64,000 nt of DNA from Octopus vulgaris (lineage: Eukaryota). Where the stretch lies: the NCBI GenBank assembly GCA_951406725.2, contig OX597820.1:8804001-8868000 (forward strand), read 5' to 3'. The notes beneath the pieces were generated by a model, which worked only from the letters and a program-made list of their open reading frames with translations, did no database searches and was not told the DNA's origin. Position numbers and translations under genes: made by a program. Positions 37,042 through 49,949 of this stretch are shown piece by piece (within the stretch, counting starts at the first letter, position 1; each line of letters begins with the position of its first letter).

Positions 37042-38924
37042 ACTACTACTACTACTACTACTATTATTACTTCTATTAGTTATCTGCACCATCCAGTTCT
37101 ATCCACCTACCCATCTTTCCACACCTCTACTCTGTTTCTCCTGTCACACCTGAGTAGTCACCTGCTAAAATTACCTCCACACCTTCAAACCACTGAGTGA
37201 CATTATATGATCACCCAAGCTCCTAGAAACAGCAGCCAAATCTTCTTCAAATCACACCCATTTATCCTCCAAAAGAGGAAAGACGCATTGAATAGTCCTA
37301 GAATCTAAGTCGGGTAGTCACAACTGGTATCAAGGCTGATTTGGAGTTAAATGACTACAGCTGGACATATCCACCTCGTGCTAGTAGGGTATTAAGAGCA
37401 CCATCCGAGCGTGATCATTGCCAGAGTGGCTATCTGGCCTCCGTGCCGGTGGCACATAAGACACCATTTGAGCGTGAAAGTTACCAGCATCACCTTACTG
37501 GCACCTGTGCCAGTGACATGTGTAAAAGATTCGAGCGAGGTCGTTGCCAGTACCGCCTGACTGTCGCCTGTGCCGGTGGCACCTTAAAAAGCACCCACTA
37601 CACTCTCGGAGTGGTTGGCGTTAGGAAGGGCATCCAGCTGTAGAAACTCTGCCAGATCAAGATTGGAGCCTGGTGCAGCCATCTGGTTCACCAGCCCTCA
37701 GTCAAATTGTCCAACCCATGCTAGCATGGAAAGTGGACGTTAAACGATGATGATGAGGAGGAGAGGAGGAGGAGGAGGAGGAATATTCAAACTGAATGTT
37801 AATTGCTCTTTCCCTTTCGACTAACTTATTAAAAAAAAAATTCTCACTCCAATGCTCTGTTTTACTATGGTTGATATTAGTAAATCAAGCCTGCAAACCT
37901 CTGGTGAAGGCTAAGTGATTAAGGTGTTCAGCTCATGAGTATAAAGTCATGCCATCAATTCATGGAACAGGTAAAATGTTGTGATCTTGAGCAAGGTACG
38001 TTATTTCACATGACTTCAGTCTATTTAGCTGTAAATAAGTACTAAGTGCTTGGGCAAGTCTCTTTCTTTTTCTTTCTCTCTCTCCCCTTCAGCTGCCATA
38101 TCCTAACATACAGCTCTTGTCATCATCATCATCGTCATCATCATCGTTTAACGTCCGCTTTCCATGCTAGCATGTGTTGGACGATTCGACCGGGGTCTGG
38201 GAAACCAGGAGGCTGCACCAGGCTCCAGTCTGATCTGGCAGTGTTTCTACAGCTGGATGCCCTTCCTAACGCCAACCACTCCGTGAGTGTAGTGGGTGCT
38301 TTTTACGTGCCAGGCGAGGCTGGTAACGGCCACGATCGGTTGGTGCTATTTACGTGCCACCGGCACGGAAGCCAGTCAAGGTGGCGCTGGCATCAGCCAC
38401 ATTTGGATTGTGCATTTTACGTGCCACTGGCACAGGAATCACAACTACAATTTCCACTGATTTTTGATGTTGATGTTGATGTACCTGACTCAATAGGTCT
38501 CCTCAAGCACAGGGTACCCCAGCGATAAACGTTCATTTGTAGCTATCATCACAGGTGTATTAGGCTATGTAATTACAGATTTGCACAAAAACCTAGAAAT
38601 ACTAGGATTTTTCTAAGAAAAAGCAACAGAAGCTGAGATGCATCCTTCAAATCCAATCTATCGGTGACTGTGAAAAATTGTAAGACACATCTGAGATTCT
38701 GTGAATGAATATACACAAACCCTTGGTAGTGTGCATCTAAAACATTAACACTTACGTAAAGAGAAATGATGCTTACACACATTTATACACAAACTGAGCA
38801 ACAACAATACCAACTTTATTCAGTCAACCCTAACCTCAAGTGTATATTGTATTGCCCAGGATATTAATCGTCTGGAAGGCGTTCAGTGACGTGCAACCAA
38901 GAGAAAAACCCTCCATCAGGCATT

Positions 38925-39403
38925 TGCCATATTCTGAACACCTTACTTCCCTGGGCATGGACACATTGAAACTCCGACATCTGGCAGCTGACTTGGCAGA
39001 CACCCATAAAATTATTAACCATCTTACAAACAATAACTCTGAGCACCTTTTCAAACTCCACCTGTCTAACACCCGTGGTCATGTTTACAAAGTCAGAAAA
39101 CAGCACAGCTCCCATGACTTTCGGAACCATTTTCTCACGCTAAGTGTTGCTGAAGCATGGAACAAACTGCCGGCATCAGTTGTTAGTTGTCGGAGCACTG
39201 CATCCTTCAAAACTTCCATGCTTCCTGAGATTCGCCAACACTACACCTGATTTTCTCCCCTCCATACACACACAAGCATGTATCTGACTCATACACTGTT
39301 CGCTTTCCAGACATTTGTACATTACTGCATATGCTTTTTACGCACTTTTGACAAGTTGTGGTGCACCTGAGCACTGTATACAATAATTTCATTATTATTG
39401 TTG

Positions 39404-39438
<35 letters not shown>

Positions 39439-39440
39439 GA
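38925..39440 (+). mobile_element. CR1-clade LINE 3' end with (ATT)n tail
   Basis: Very close match to 6036-6512. Confidence 0.85.
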
Positions 39441-39836
39441 GTGAGTGAGCAGTGCATGCCATCAAAGTGACACTGGGGTAAAATATACGAAGCCCAGTAT
39501 ACCCATCATGACCACCCGTCTGATATGGGTACACCAGGCACATGCATCACAACCATATGTGCACGACATGGTGATCTCATATCAAGATAAACAGCACATG
39601 ACCTTACAGGTGGGGCCCAGTTAGAATTTTCTTCTGGTCGAGTAACTCATCTTGCTTAAACGGTCCCTGAATAAGGGTTGTTTAAGGATGTTGAAAGAAC
39701 CACCCATGTTTCCAGAGGTGAATTAATCAAACCCCAAAGAATCCCTCTCAACACATGGCTATGATGCTCCCCCACTACTTCTGCTCGTGATCAGAGATGC
39801 ACATATCGTCAGTCACTAAGGGACATGCTCAACTGG

Positions 39837-39886
<50 letters not shown>

Positions 39887-39945
39887 GGGCAATGAACTAT
39901 GACTGTGATTCATTTAGAATATCAAAGAACAGAAAGACAACTTAC

Positions 39946-40021
39946 CATGTCAAATGTCATCATAGCTTGGATATACAGAATGACACTGTAGCTTAAGGAA
40001 TGGTATATACTGTAGCCAGCA
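39946..40021 (-). CDS. TTC39B: TTC39B-like exon 3 (AGYSIYHSLSYSVILYIQAMMTFDM)
   Basis: tatag acceptor, gtaag donor, phase consistent. SxYH...QAxxTF family motif. Confidence 0.92.
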
Positions 40022-40236
40022 CTATATAAGGAGAAATATATACATATATACAAACATATAGAGAGATATAGACAGGTCTTAGTAACTCAATAATATCCTA
40101 AGGGATCATTGAGGGTGGATGGGGACATCAATAGTTATTTTATGATGGGGTTCAAAAGAAAATGGAAAACAATACCAAAAATATATGTAAAACAAAGAAT
40201 GTAAGCTAGTTTTAGAGTGAATAGTTTTATTTTATA

Positions 40237-40825
40237 CTAGCAGTATCGCCCGGCGTTGCTCGGGTTTGTAAGGGAAATAACTATATAAGCATTTTTAGAG
40301 TTATAGCCAAAAAATAGCAAAAAAATGCATTAAAAATGGAAAAGAAATTATGGTAAATTTTTTTTTAAATCGTTGACTCATCGTAGACATTTTTAGAGAG
40401 TTACTTCCCTTATATAATAGCGAAAAATGCATTAAAATGGAAAAAAATTATGGTAAATTTTTTTTTAAATCGTACTCATCGTAGACATTTTTAGAGAGTT
40501 ACTTCCCTTATATAATAGCGACAAAATGCATTAAAATGGAAAAAAATGATGGTAAATTTTTTTTAAATCGTTGACTCATCGTAGACATTTTTAGAGAGTT
40601 ACTTCCCTTATATAATAGCGAGAAAAATGCATTAAAATGGAAAAAATGATGGTAAATTTTTTTTAAATCGTAGACTCATTGTAGACGCGCGCTAATACCC
40701 AGAAGGGCTCGATATGAATCACGACTATAAGATACCCGTTAAACTGCACCGCAAAATGTGGGAGTAGTTAGGAATCTAAATCGTAGGTGACAGACAGCAC
40801 ACAACCTCACTTTTATATATAAAGA
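40237..40825 (-). mobile_element. Non-autonomous Helitron, family H2 (4 internal repeat units)
   Basis: Reverse-complement copy of 10566-10963 with an expanded ~100-bp internal array. Confidence 0.8.
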
Positions 40826-40859
40826 TATGCCCAACAGGTAGAAATTCTATACAATGTAC

Positions 40860-41600
40860 CCGGTGCAAGCTATGGACAGTGGAATCCCCAGAAGGTTAAC
40901 AAAGAAAGTAATTTTGTATGTAGAAGATGCACAAGTGCATTTTTAGTCTGAAGTCACATGGAAAATTGATTTTCTCAAATACTTTGGAAGCTTCCTGGAG
41001 GTAGTTGGTAGTTTCTGTTACCGTGGCAATCTGATTAGCAGCGAAAGAAGATATACCAAGAGTACAGTCACCAGATAAAAATAGGATAGAGAAAATTCAG
41101 AGAGCTGTTACCTCTGTTGTCAACAAAAGGTCTCTCTCTCTCTCTCTCTCACTCTCTCTCTCTCTCTCTCTCTCTGCATGAATGGCAGAGTGTATGATGC
41201 TTGAGTATGTACAACAATGCTACATGGTAGTGAGATGTGGGCCCTGGATGCAGAGGACATGCAAAGATGAGAAAGGAATGAAGCTAGTATGCTCCACTGG
41301 ATGTGCAATACTAATGGGCATGTACAACAAAGTACAAATGTACTGAGAGAAAAGTTAAGCATAAGAGGAATCTGATGTAGAATGCAAGAGAGAAGACTAC
41401 TTTGGTTTGGTCATATGTTGTATATGAATGAGGACAGTTGCTTAAAGAAGTGCCGATCACTTAGAGCGGATGGAATTTGCAGAAGAGGGAGACCCAAGAA
41501 GATGAAGGACTAAGAACTGAAGGCTGATCTTTAGATGTTGAGCCTTACAGAGAAGATGACAACAGACTGAGATGATTGGCATTTTGTTGTGCTCAAGACC
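40860..41600 (+). mobile_element. RTE LINE 3' fragment, old
   Basis: Degenerate FCY.G, HGSEMW and RGRPKK motifs, interrupted by (CT)n. Confidence 0.65.
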
Positions 41601-42359
41601 TGTCCATTACAGCAAAAATAATCTCCTAAAACCATTTGTTTATGCTTGTACATAGAGGGCTCTGTGGCTCTCCTCCTCTCTCTTACCTTTCTGACACATC
41701 AAGCATCCCACACCTGTCATTTTCATCCCTCCTCCATCTATGCTACTGCTGTACTCACCTGAGAGCAGAATCAACACATATTACATCCATCCTCTTCAAA
41801 ACGGTCATCACCACCACCACTGGAACCATTTTTATTCCTCATTCTCCCAGCCTACACTATTTCTAACAGTCACCCCTCTCTGTCCCGTCAGCCAGCTCCC
41901 TCCCCACTCTGCTATTCTCCATTCTGAAGACATCCCTTATCAGTTATCATTCTCAGTGACCTCCTATATCTACCATCATGGCCAACTTATTATAGCCCTT
42001 CATGTATCTCTAACCCTAACCCTCTCCACAACTCCTACATCTTGTGCATCATCCCATTATTTTCTGTTCTGTTCTCCTTCTTGAGTAACACCTTCTACCT
42101 TCTACCTTACCCCTCTGCATACTGGCATTTACCACCACCTGTACCCCTTGTCTTGTTCACACTACAACAACTTCTACCTCCACCTGTTTATTCCCTCTTC
42201 ACACACTTATCAAAGCATCCATGCCTTCATCCAGTCTCATCACCCACAATCCATATCCTCTCTTATGCTCTCCTTTTTGTTTTGTGTGTGTGTGTGTGTG
42301 TTTGTGTATCTGTGTGTGTGTGTGTGTGTGCGCGTGTGCATGCCAAAAAAGAAGATATA

Positions 42360-42588
42360 TATTTCTTTACTACCCACAAGGGGCTAAACACAGAGGGGAC
42401 AAACAAGGACAGACAAACGGATTAAGTCGATTACATCGATCCCAGTGCGTAACTGGTACTTAATTTATCGACCCCGAAAGGATGAAAGGCAAAGTCGACC
42501 TCGACGGAATTTGAACTCAGAACGTAACGGCAGACAAAATACGGCTACGCATTTCGCCCGGCGTGCTAACGTTTCTGCCAGCTCGCCG
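42360..42588 (-). mobile_element. tRNA-derived SINE, family A (Meta-domain-like)
   Basis: Head ggcgagctggcagaaacgttag...gagttcaaattcc and body gcctttcatcctttcggggtcgataaattaagtacc. Other copies at 14888-15120, 20883-21117, 28412-28810, 30390-30758, 31558-31792, 36225-36620 and 62487-62690. Confidence 0.85.
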
Positions 42589-42594
42589 AAGAAG

Positions 42595-43125
42595 ATATAG
42601 CATCGCAATATGGAGGACAACTGGAGGTATCTATGAGACAACCTGCTGAGGGCCACTGACCAGATCTGTGGATGGTGCAAAGTCCCCTCTTGATCTAAGG
42701 TAATGTGGTACCTTAGGTACCAAAAGAAACAGGCATGGAAGGACTTGAAGAACAGTGGTAGCAGGGAAGTGTATCAGATTGCCAGAAGGGAAGTTAGGAG
42801 GCAGGTTTACTTAGCCAGAGGGGAAGCAGATAAGAAAAAAATTTGCCAATGTTCTGCATTGTGAGGAACAGAGACTTAAGGTGTTTCATATTACAAGACA
42901 ATGTGTGAGAGAGAATCATGATGTCATAGGAGAGAAATGTGTCTGCATTTAATGATGCTGTAAAGAGAGAGACTTGGAGATACTACTATGAAAGGTTGCT
43001 AAATGAAGAGAATGAATGGGAGAAAGAGTCTGCTAAATGTCGACCCAACTGAGGGACCAGCTGTTTGAACTGACAGTACCTTAGTTGATAAAGCAATTAA
43101 AAGTATTAAGACAGGGAATGCCATG
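42595..43125 (+). mobile_element. RTE LINE fragment, degenerate, same family as 26330-27460
   Basis: Nucleotide similarity to the reverse complement of 26950-27460, with stops and frameshifts. Confidence 0.85.
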
Positions 43126-44080
43126 GGGATAAAAATAAACCTTCTTTTCTATAATGTTATTCAATAAAGCCACCTTCAGCATCAACAACTGCTTCTAAAT
43201 GAGATCTAAATCATCTAAATGCTCGAATCAAGTGGTCCTCATTCATTTTATTAAACGTGAACAATATATTTCAAGCAATGAACAATTTTCATCAAAACAA
43301 TGATATAATTTGTCAACTTGGAACTTATTTCAAAGCTGCATAATAAACAACTGTAGCATCACCACCACCACAACCACATCTGCCATACAAACACCATTCA
43401 TGCCACCACCATCAATACCTTTGATTTTGCCACCTTCCCCTCCACCACCATCACCACTGCCTTTCACATCACTTATTCTCAACATCATCCTTGACCGGCT
43501 CGGCTTCCACCACCACCACCACGGCGGCGGCGGCGGTGCTGGTGGTGGTGGTGGTGGTGGTGTAGGAGGAGATGTTGGTGGCAGTTAAATGTTTCCAATC
43601 CCAGCCTGCTTGAACCCTCCCTGGTTCTAGATGCAAAACCTCCTATTATAAAAAGAGTTTATTCTTAAATTGAAACAGTGTAAGAAAACTTATAATGACA
43701 GTTATTTCATATAATGATTTCTAATTCAGACAGAATGCCAGCAAATTTTGAAGAAATTGTCAATTACATTAACCCTAGTAGTTAACTGGGATTTTATTTT
43801 ATTGACCCTGGAGAGATGAAAGGAAAAGTGGGCTACAGTGGGATTTGAGCTCAAAATGTAAAGAGCCAGAATGAATATCACTCCAAAAACTTTGCCTGTC
43901 CAAGTTATTTTGCATAATACCAAGAATTATTGCTATTATTTGGCATAATACCAAGAAAATTCTTGATTATTTTCAAAATCAATTTTCCCTCAAAATGTGA
44001 TGATGAAAGGGTTACAGGAAGCGGGGTAGCAGTAGCTATGGCATTTGCGATATTTAGAGAAGAAAATAAAAAATACTCAC

Positions 44081-44188
44081 CATGGTTCTAAGCGTTGCCT
44101 GGCTTCTGTAAATTTGTTGTTTAAGAAAAGATTCAAGACTACATTGGCTTCTTCTATACTGGAGTCTAGAGTTACATTCTCAGGTGTT
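44081..44188 (-). CDS. TTC39B: TTC39B-like exon 2 (TPENVTLDSSIEEANVVLNLFLNNKFTEARQRLEP)
   Basis: ttttcag acceptor and gtgagt donor. LNLFLNNKF matches the TTC39 family N-terminal motif. Confidence 0.92.
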
Positions 44189-46285
44189 CTGAAAAAGAGA
44201 AAGGAGTGAGTTTGAGGAGTCAAGAAGATGCAGTAATTGATGCCTGACATAAACACAAGGCCAGAAATTTGGGTGAGTGCTGAGATACTTGAATCAATCC
44301 TAGTACTTGACTGAAAAGAAATGTTGGCCTTGGTAGGATTTGAACTCTGAATATAAAGGACTGGGAACTCTACAGCACAAGACCATTTTATTTGACACTC
44401 TAAGGATTCAATAATTAATAGATAAAAAGAGAAAAATTATCCAATAACTAAAAAAATTTAATTTTGTTTAATTAAACTAAGGAAAACTGACTCTCAAAGG
44501 GTAAGCTCTTCTTGTCAAGGTTGCAAACAACTTTAGATTTGAATGGCTTCATCATCATCATCATCATCATCGTTTAACGTCCGCTTTCCATGCTAGCATG
44601 GGTTGGACGATTTGACTGAGGACTGGCGAGCCAGATGGCTGCACCAGGCTTTTACATGCCACCAGCACAGGGGCCAGATAGCCGCTCTGGCAATGATCAT
44701 GCTTGGATGGTGCTCTTAATACCCTACTAGCACGGGGCTCGAGTGCCAGTAAGGCGACGCTGGTAATGATCATGCTCGAATGGTGCCTTTTAAGTGTCAC
44801 TGGGATTGAAGCCAGTTAGCTGCTCTGCCAATGATCACACTCGTATGGTGCTCTTTGCACCCCGCTAGCACGGACGCCAGTCATCGAATTTGATTTTGAT
44901 TTTGATTTTGATCTCACTTGCCTCAACAGGTCTTTTCAAGCAGAGTTTTAGTGTCCAAAGAAGGAAAAGGTACGCATAAGTGGGCTGGTTACACCCGTAA
45001 TATTCAATAAAGTACACCAGTTCTGAAGTACAGAGGAATGAAAGAGCAGTTGCAACACACAAACACCTTAAATAGGGATCTTTTATTCACCACTAGTCCA
45101 CACACACACACACACACACAAACATGTATGATGAGCTTCATTTAGTTTCTGTCTACCAAATCCACCCACAAGGCTTTGGTTGGCCTAGGGTTTTGGGCAA
45201 GAAGACACTTGCCCAAAGTCCTGCACAGTGGGACTAAACCTAAAATCACATGGTTGAGAAAAACCATGCTTGCATCTATTGTAAGCAAAATTTCTTTGGC
45301 CCTTCATTGCATTCAGAGTTGAAATCCTGCTAAGATCAACTTTCGTAGTCAACTACCTGCAGAGGATAAAATATGTGTCAGTCAAGTACCAAGGTCAATA
45401 CGATTGGCAATCCCCTCCCACCCACTTTGTACCAGACTTAAAAACCCTTGTATTGTGCCAATACAATAAACTGTTTTGGCATTGGTTTCCATGGTCTAGA
45501 TATCATTGTAGGCCATCATATTACATTATTCAGTCACGTGTTTGCTGCTTTACACAGCATGCCCTATTGATTATGGTGTTCAACTTCGATTGCATCAGGG
45601 GGTTAGTACACTTTCTGTAAATTTTAGATTAGTAGTAGTAGTAGTAGCAGCAGCAACAGCAACAGCAGTGTTATTGAATTGTTGATAAGAAGACGTGGGC
45701 GTTGTGGACATAGAGTGCAGGGCTTCCTTTTCCCACATTCAAGCGTCATACAATACAGACAACAATAGATCGACCTCTTTCAGAACATGCTGAAAGATAG
45801 TAAAATAAATATAACAGATTTTGCATGAAAGTCTCCAGGCTGGCTAGAAATAACAGCTGGAATTTCTTCCTTCAAATCGCACACTTTATTTGGTTTAAAA
45901 ACACGAAATAATATAGTGGTAGACACTTTTAAAAAAGAATGGGATATAGTCCTACTTAGAGGCCCATGTTACAGCAGGATTTGTCTAGGATTCAACTACT
46001 ATTACTACTACAACTACATCAATGGTAAAGCAATGAAGAAACCTGTATGTGGTCACTCAGCCAGCTAAAAATAGAAACCAAATTTCCCTGAAATTCACAC
46101 CCATCTTGAAAATAAGATTGGTGTACTTCTTAAAAGTTGCAAAAAAAAAATAATAATTGAGCTGAAATGGTTACAACTGGAGTGTTTTTGATCATAGGTC
46201 TGCTAAATTAGGATTTGAATCAGGATTAAACAATTACAACATAAATATTATACAATATTATACAATATTATACAATATTATACAA

Positions 46286-46660
46286 TAAGTAGCTTGCTTA
46301 CGAACCACATGGTTCCGGGTTCAGTCCCACTGCGTGGCACCTTGGGCAAGTGTCTTCTACTATAGCCTCAGGCTGACCAAAGCCTTGTGAGTGGATTTGG
46401 TAGACGGAAACTGAAAAGAAGTCTGTCGTATATATGTAAATATATATGTTTGTGTGTCTGTGTTTGTCCCCCCAACATCGCTTGACAACTGATGCTGGTG
46501 TGTTTACATCCCCGTAACGTAGCGGTTCGGCAAAAGAGACCGATAGAATAAGTACTAGGCTTACAAAGAATAAGTCCTGGGGTCGATTTGCTCGACTAAA
46601 AGGCGGTGCTCCAGCATGGCCACAGTCAAATGACTGAAAAGAGTAAAAGAGTAAAAGAAT
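46286..46660 (+). mobile_element. tRNA-derived SINE, family B (5'-truncated)
   Basis: Matches 13132-13540. Confidence 0.85.
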
Positions 46661-46998
46661 ACTCAACGAAAGACAAAAAACGGCCTCCCTTTCTGGTTCT
46701 TTCCAGAAATTATATAATTTTCGTCAATTTTGTTTTGTTTTTTTCAGTATTTCACGAAAGGGATGGAGTGGGGGATTTGGTTACATGAGGTGGGAGGGGA
46801 TGTTTTGTTGCCGTTATATGAATGAACTGTGGAGTGAATTTGAACAAGCAGTAGTATGTATACACACACAGAGTGAGAAAGTGTGTGTGTGTGTGTGTGT
46901 GTGTGAAGACTACACACCACAGATGTGCTATAATCAATGAATTTACAAACAACTTTCCTGGGAAGCAAATTGCTTCCCACACAGTCATGCCTGTGCCT

Positions 46999-47035
<37 letters not shown>

Positions 47036-47049
47036 CATATACATTATTT

Positions 47050-47191
47050 AAAGCAGCAGAAAATTCAACAAAACCTGTTACTCTGAGTTTCCCGTTGCCG
47101 TTCATCATACAGTTTTTTCTAGCAAAAACTGTCCGATGAACGGCAACGGGAAACTCAGAGTAACAGGTTTTGTTGAATTTTCTGCTGCTTT
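47050..47191. repeat. Perfect 57-bp inverted repeat with a hammerhead-like motif in each arm
   Basis: 47050-47106 is the exact reverse complement of 47135-47191. The plus arm reads ctgt CCGAUGA ACG-GCAA-CGG GAAAC UCAGA GUA acag. Confidence 0.8.
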
Positions 47192-47542
47192 TAAATAAAG
47201 CATATTACTCTACCACTGGTATTTGAGTACTCTTTTTTCCACCTTGTTTCACTTTTATGCGTTTACTCCGGTATATACATATACATGTATATACGTTTTT
47301 ATTATTATTCTGCAATTTACTTAATCGGTATATTACTGTTATTTTATTTTTAATATTTCTATTATATGTAATTTTCTAGATGGTATAATTTAATTGTTCA
47401 TTTTGAATTGATAAAAGGTGGGTTTTTTTCTAATTTTTATATATATATTATATTTTGTGAAATTTGATTTAGTATTTCTAAATTGAATTTTTCCCTGTAA
47501 GTTAGGAATAATATTCCCTCAAATAATTATTATACATATATA

Positions 47543-48515
47543 TTGGGTCATCCCATAAATAATGTGGTGTTTTTTTTTTTGAATTGCATGAGCTAAACTA
47601 CCTGCGGTATAAACTACCTGCATCAACTTGCTATAAAAGAAGGTAGCAATTTTACCTTGTACTTATTCTTAGTGCAAGTTTTGAAGAGTGCAGTTCGATT
47701 TTAAAAGTTATTATTTCAAAGCTATAATGGAAGTTACAAATGAACATATTCAACATATTTTGCTTTATGAGTTCAATAAAGGCAACAACGCAACGGATAG
47801 TGCGAGGAATGTTAATGCAGAATATGGGGATCAGACAATAAGTGTAAGCAAGTGTCAACGGTGATGATGAGAAATGGGTTCTCTATAAAAATGTCAAGCG
47901 CTGAAGACAGTTGGTAGGGAAAGGAGAAACACCGGTACCCCAGGCCAAAGAAGCTCTTCACTCATGTAAGGGCTTGTTGTTATCTGTTTGGTGGAATATG
48001 AAAGGTTTAGTCCACTTTGAACTTTTAAACCCAAGCCAAACAATAACAAAGGAGATTTACTGCAAGCAGCTTGAGCTGCTTAAATCAGCGCTAGAAGAAA
48101 ATCAGCCATCTTTGGTTTCAAGACAAATGGTGTTCTTCCATCAGGATAATGCTTGGCTACATACAGTGAGGATGACATTGCAAAGGCTGGAGCAGTTTGA
48201 ATGGGAAATGATGCCCCACCTACCATATGCGCCGGACATTGCCCCATCTGATTATCATTTATTCTGCAGTCTTCAAAATCATTTGGACGGAAAAGATATG
48301 AATTTTGTAGAGGAGGTCAGAACAGTACTGGAGGAGTATTTTTCATCAGGGACAAGTAAATTTTGGAAGAGAGGCCTTGAAAGTCTACCAGATAGATGGA
48401 AGAGCATTGTAGAAAATGAATGAGTGTATATTTTAGATTAAAAAAGAACTTTGTTTATCTTGATTTTGAACAAAAAAGTATTAAAAAAACCCACATTATT
48501 TATGAAATAACCCAA
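47543..48515 (+). mobile_element. Mariner (DD34D) DNA transposon, internally deleted, transposase pseudogene
   Basis: Imperfect TIRs (ttgggtcatcccataaataatgtgg / ccacattatttatgaaataacccaa) with TA on both sides. ATG at 47727 (MEVTNEHIQHILLYEF). Motifs DEKW, HQDNA and PYAPDIAPSDYHLF present. One in-frame stop. Confidence 0.92.
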
Positions 48516-48795
48516 TATGTATATCAACATTATAATATCCGTAAGTTGATGAACAAACCAAATTTGTTTTTCCATTTTCTTATTTGTATTATAAATTTAT
48601 GGTAAAAGTATTTCTTTACCTTCACCCGTTTAATACAATAAATGACTTAATTGCATTGCAATTAAAAACATTTATGTATTAAGAATTTGGGTACTTTACC
48701 AACAGTATATTGGATAAATACTATCCCTTAGTGGGTTACACCCATAACCCCTATCTTACTTTGTACTATATATATATACATATATATATATATAC

Positions 48796-48874
<79 letters not shown>

Positions 48875-49062
48875 CAGGTGGCACGTAAAAAGCACCCACT
48901 ACACTCGCGGAGTGGTTGGCGTTAGGAAGGGCATCCAGCTGTAGAAACTCTGCCAGATCAGACTGGAGCCTGGTGCAGCCCCTGGCTTCCCAGAGCCGGT
49001 CGAACCGTCCAACCCGTGCTAGTGAGGAAAACGACGTTAAACGATGATGATGATGATGATGA

Positions 49063-49116
<54 letters not shown>

Positions 49117-49123
<7 letters not shown>

Positions 49124-49265
49124 AAGCATATAAAAGTGAAACAAGGTGGCAAAAATAGTACTTGAATACGATAGGCAGAGTAATATGCTTTATTATTATA
49201 AAAGATGCAAAAACATCACAAAAACCTGCTACTCTGAGTTTCACGCTCCCATTTGTCGGACAATT
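49117..49265 (-). mobile_element. Second, diverged copy of the hammerhead-bearing element at 47129-47270
   Basis: Reverse complement matches 47129-47270 (GAAACTCAGAGTA...AAAGCATATTACTCT...CCACCTTGTTTCACTTTTAT). Adjoins a (TA)n tract. Confidence 0.65.
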
Positions 49266-49319
49266 GAGATTGAGAATGCATACATACATATATACCTGCA
49301 TTTGCAGTACCAGTGCTGA

Positions 49320-49700
49320 TCCCAACATTTGGGATACTTGGTTGGTCTGTAGAGGAAACCCACTCCACAGATATCAAAACCTGTGAAATCCCGACAACTG
49401 GGAATTTCCACAGAAAGTGTTATGTTGACAGGCTCTACCCAAGAAGAAATAAACATGGTAGAGGCCTGAGGTCAGTGCAGATGGCCTTTGAATGCCATAT
49501 GGTATCAGTCAGACAGCACCTGTTAAACAGCAGCAGCAAAAATAAATATATTAATGCACTGCTGAAAGGTGAAGTGAGTAACATTGTACGAGTCGGCAGT
49601 GAACTCCTCAAGAAACACTCTCTTCCTGATGATCTCCTGTACAGACCCAAAACAGCTGGGCTCTCTTACCTCAGAGAAGCACTCAGCATACTAAAAAAAG
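49320..49700 (+). mobile_element. R4/Dong-like non-LTR RT C-terminal fragment
   Basis: FHRKCYVDRLYPRRNKHGRGLRSV resembles the H...DRLY..R..GGRGL motif. Confidence 0.6.
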
Positions 49701-49949
49701 ATCATGTATGGGTATGGCTCACCAGTCCTCAGTCAAACCGTCCAACCCATGCCAGCATAGAAAGCAGACGTAAAACAATGATGATGATGATGATGATGAT
49801 GATATACATATACATATATATATATATATACAAGATATATATACATATACAAGATATATATATCATCATCATCATCATCATCATCATCGTTTAACGTCCG
49901 TTGTCCATGCTAGCATGGGTTGGACGGTTCGACCGGGGATCTGGGAGTT

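Noticed and set aside
45594-45790. Possible alternative first exon of TTC39B (minus strand MWEKEALHSMSTTPTSS...)
   Set aside because: The frame ends in a stop and I found no phase-2 donor compatible with exon 2.
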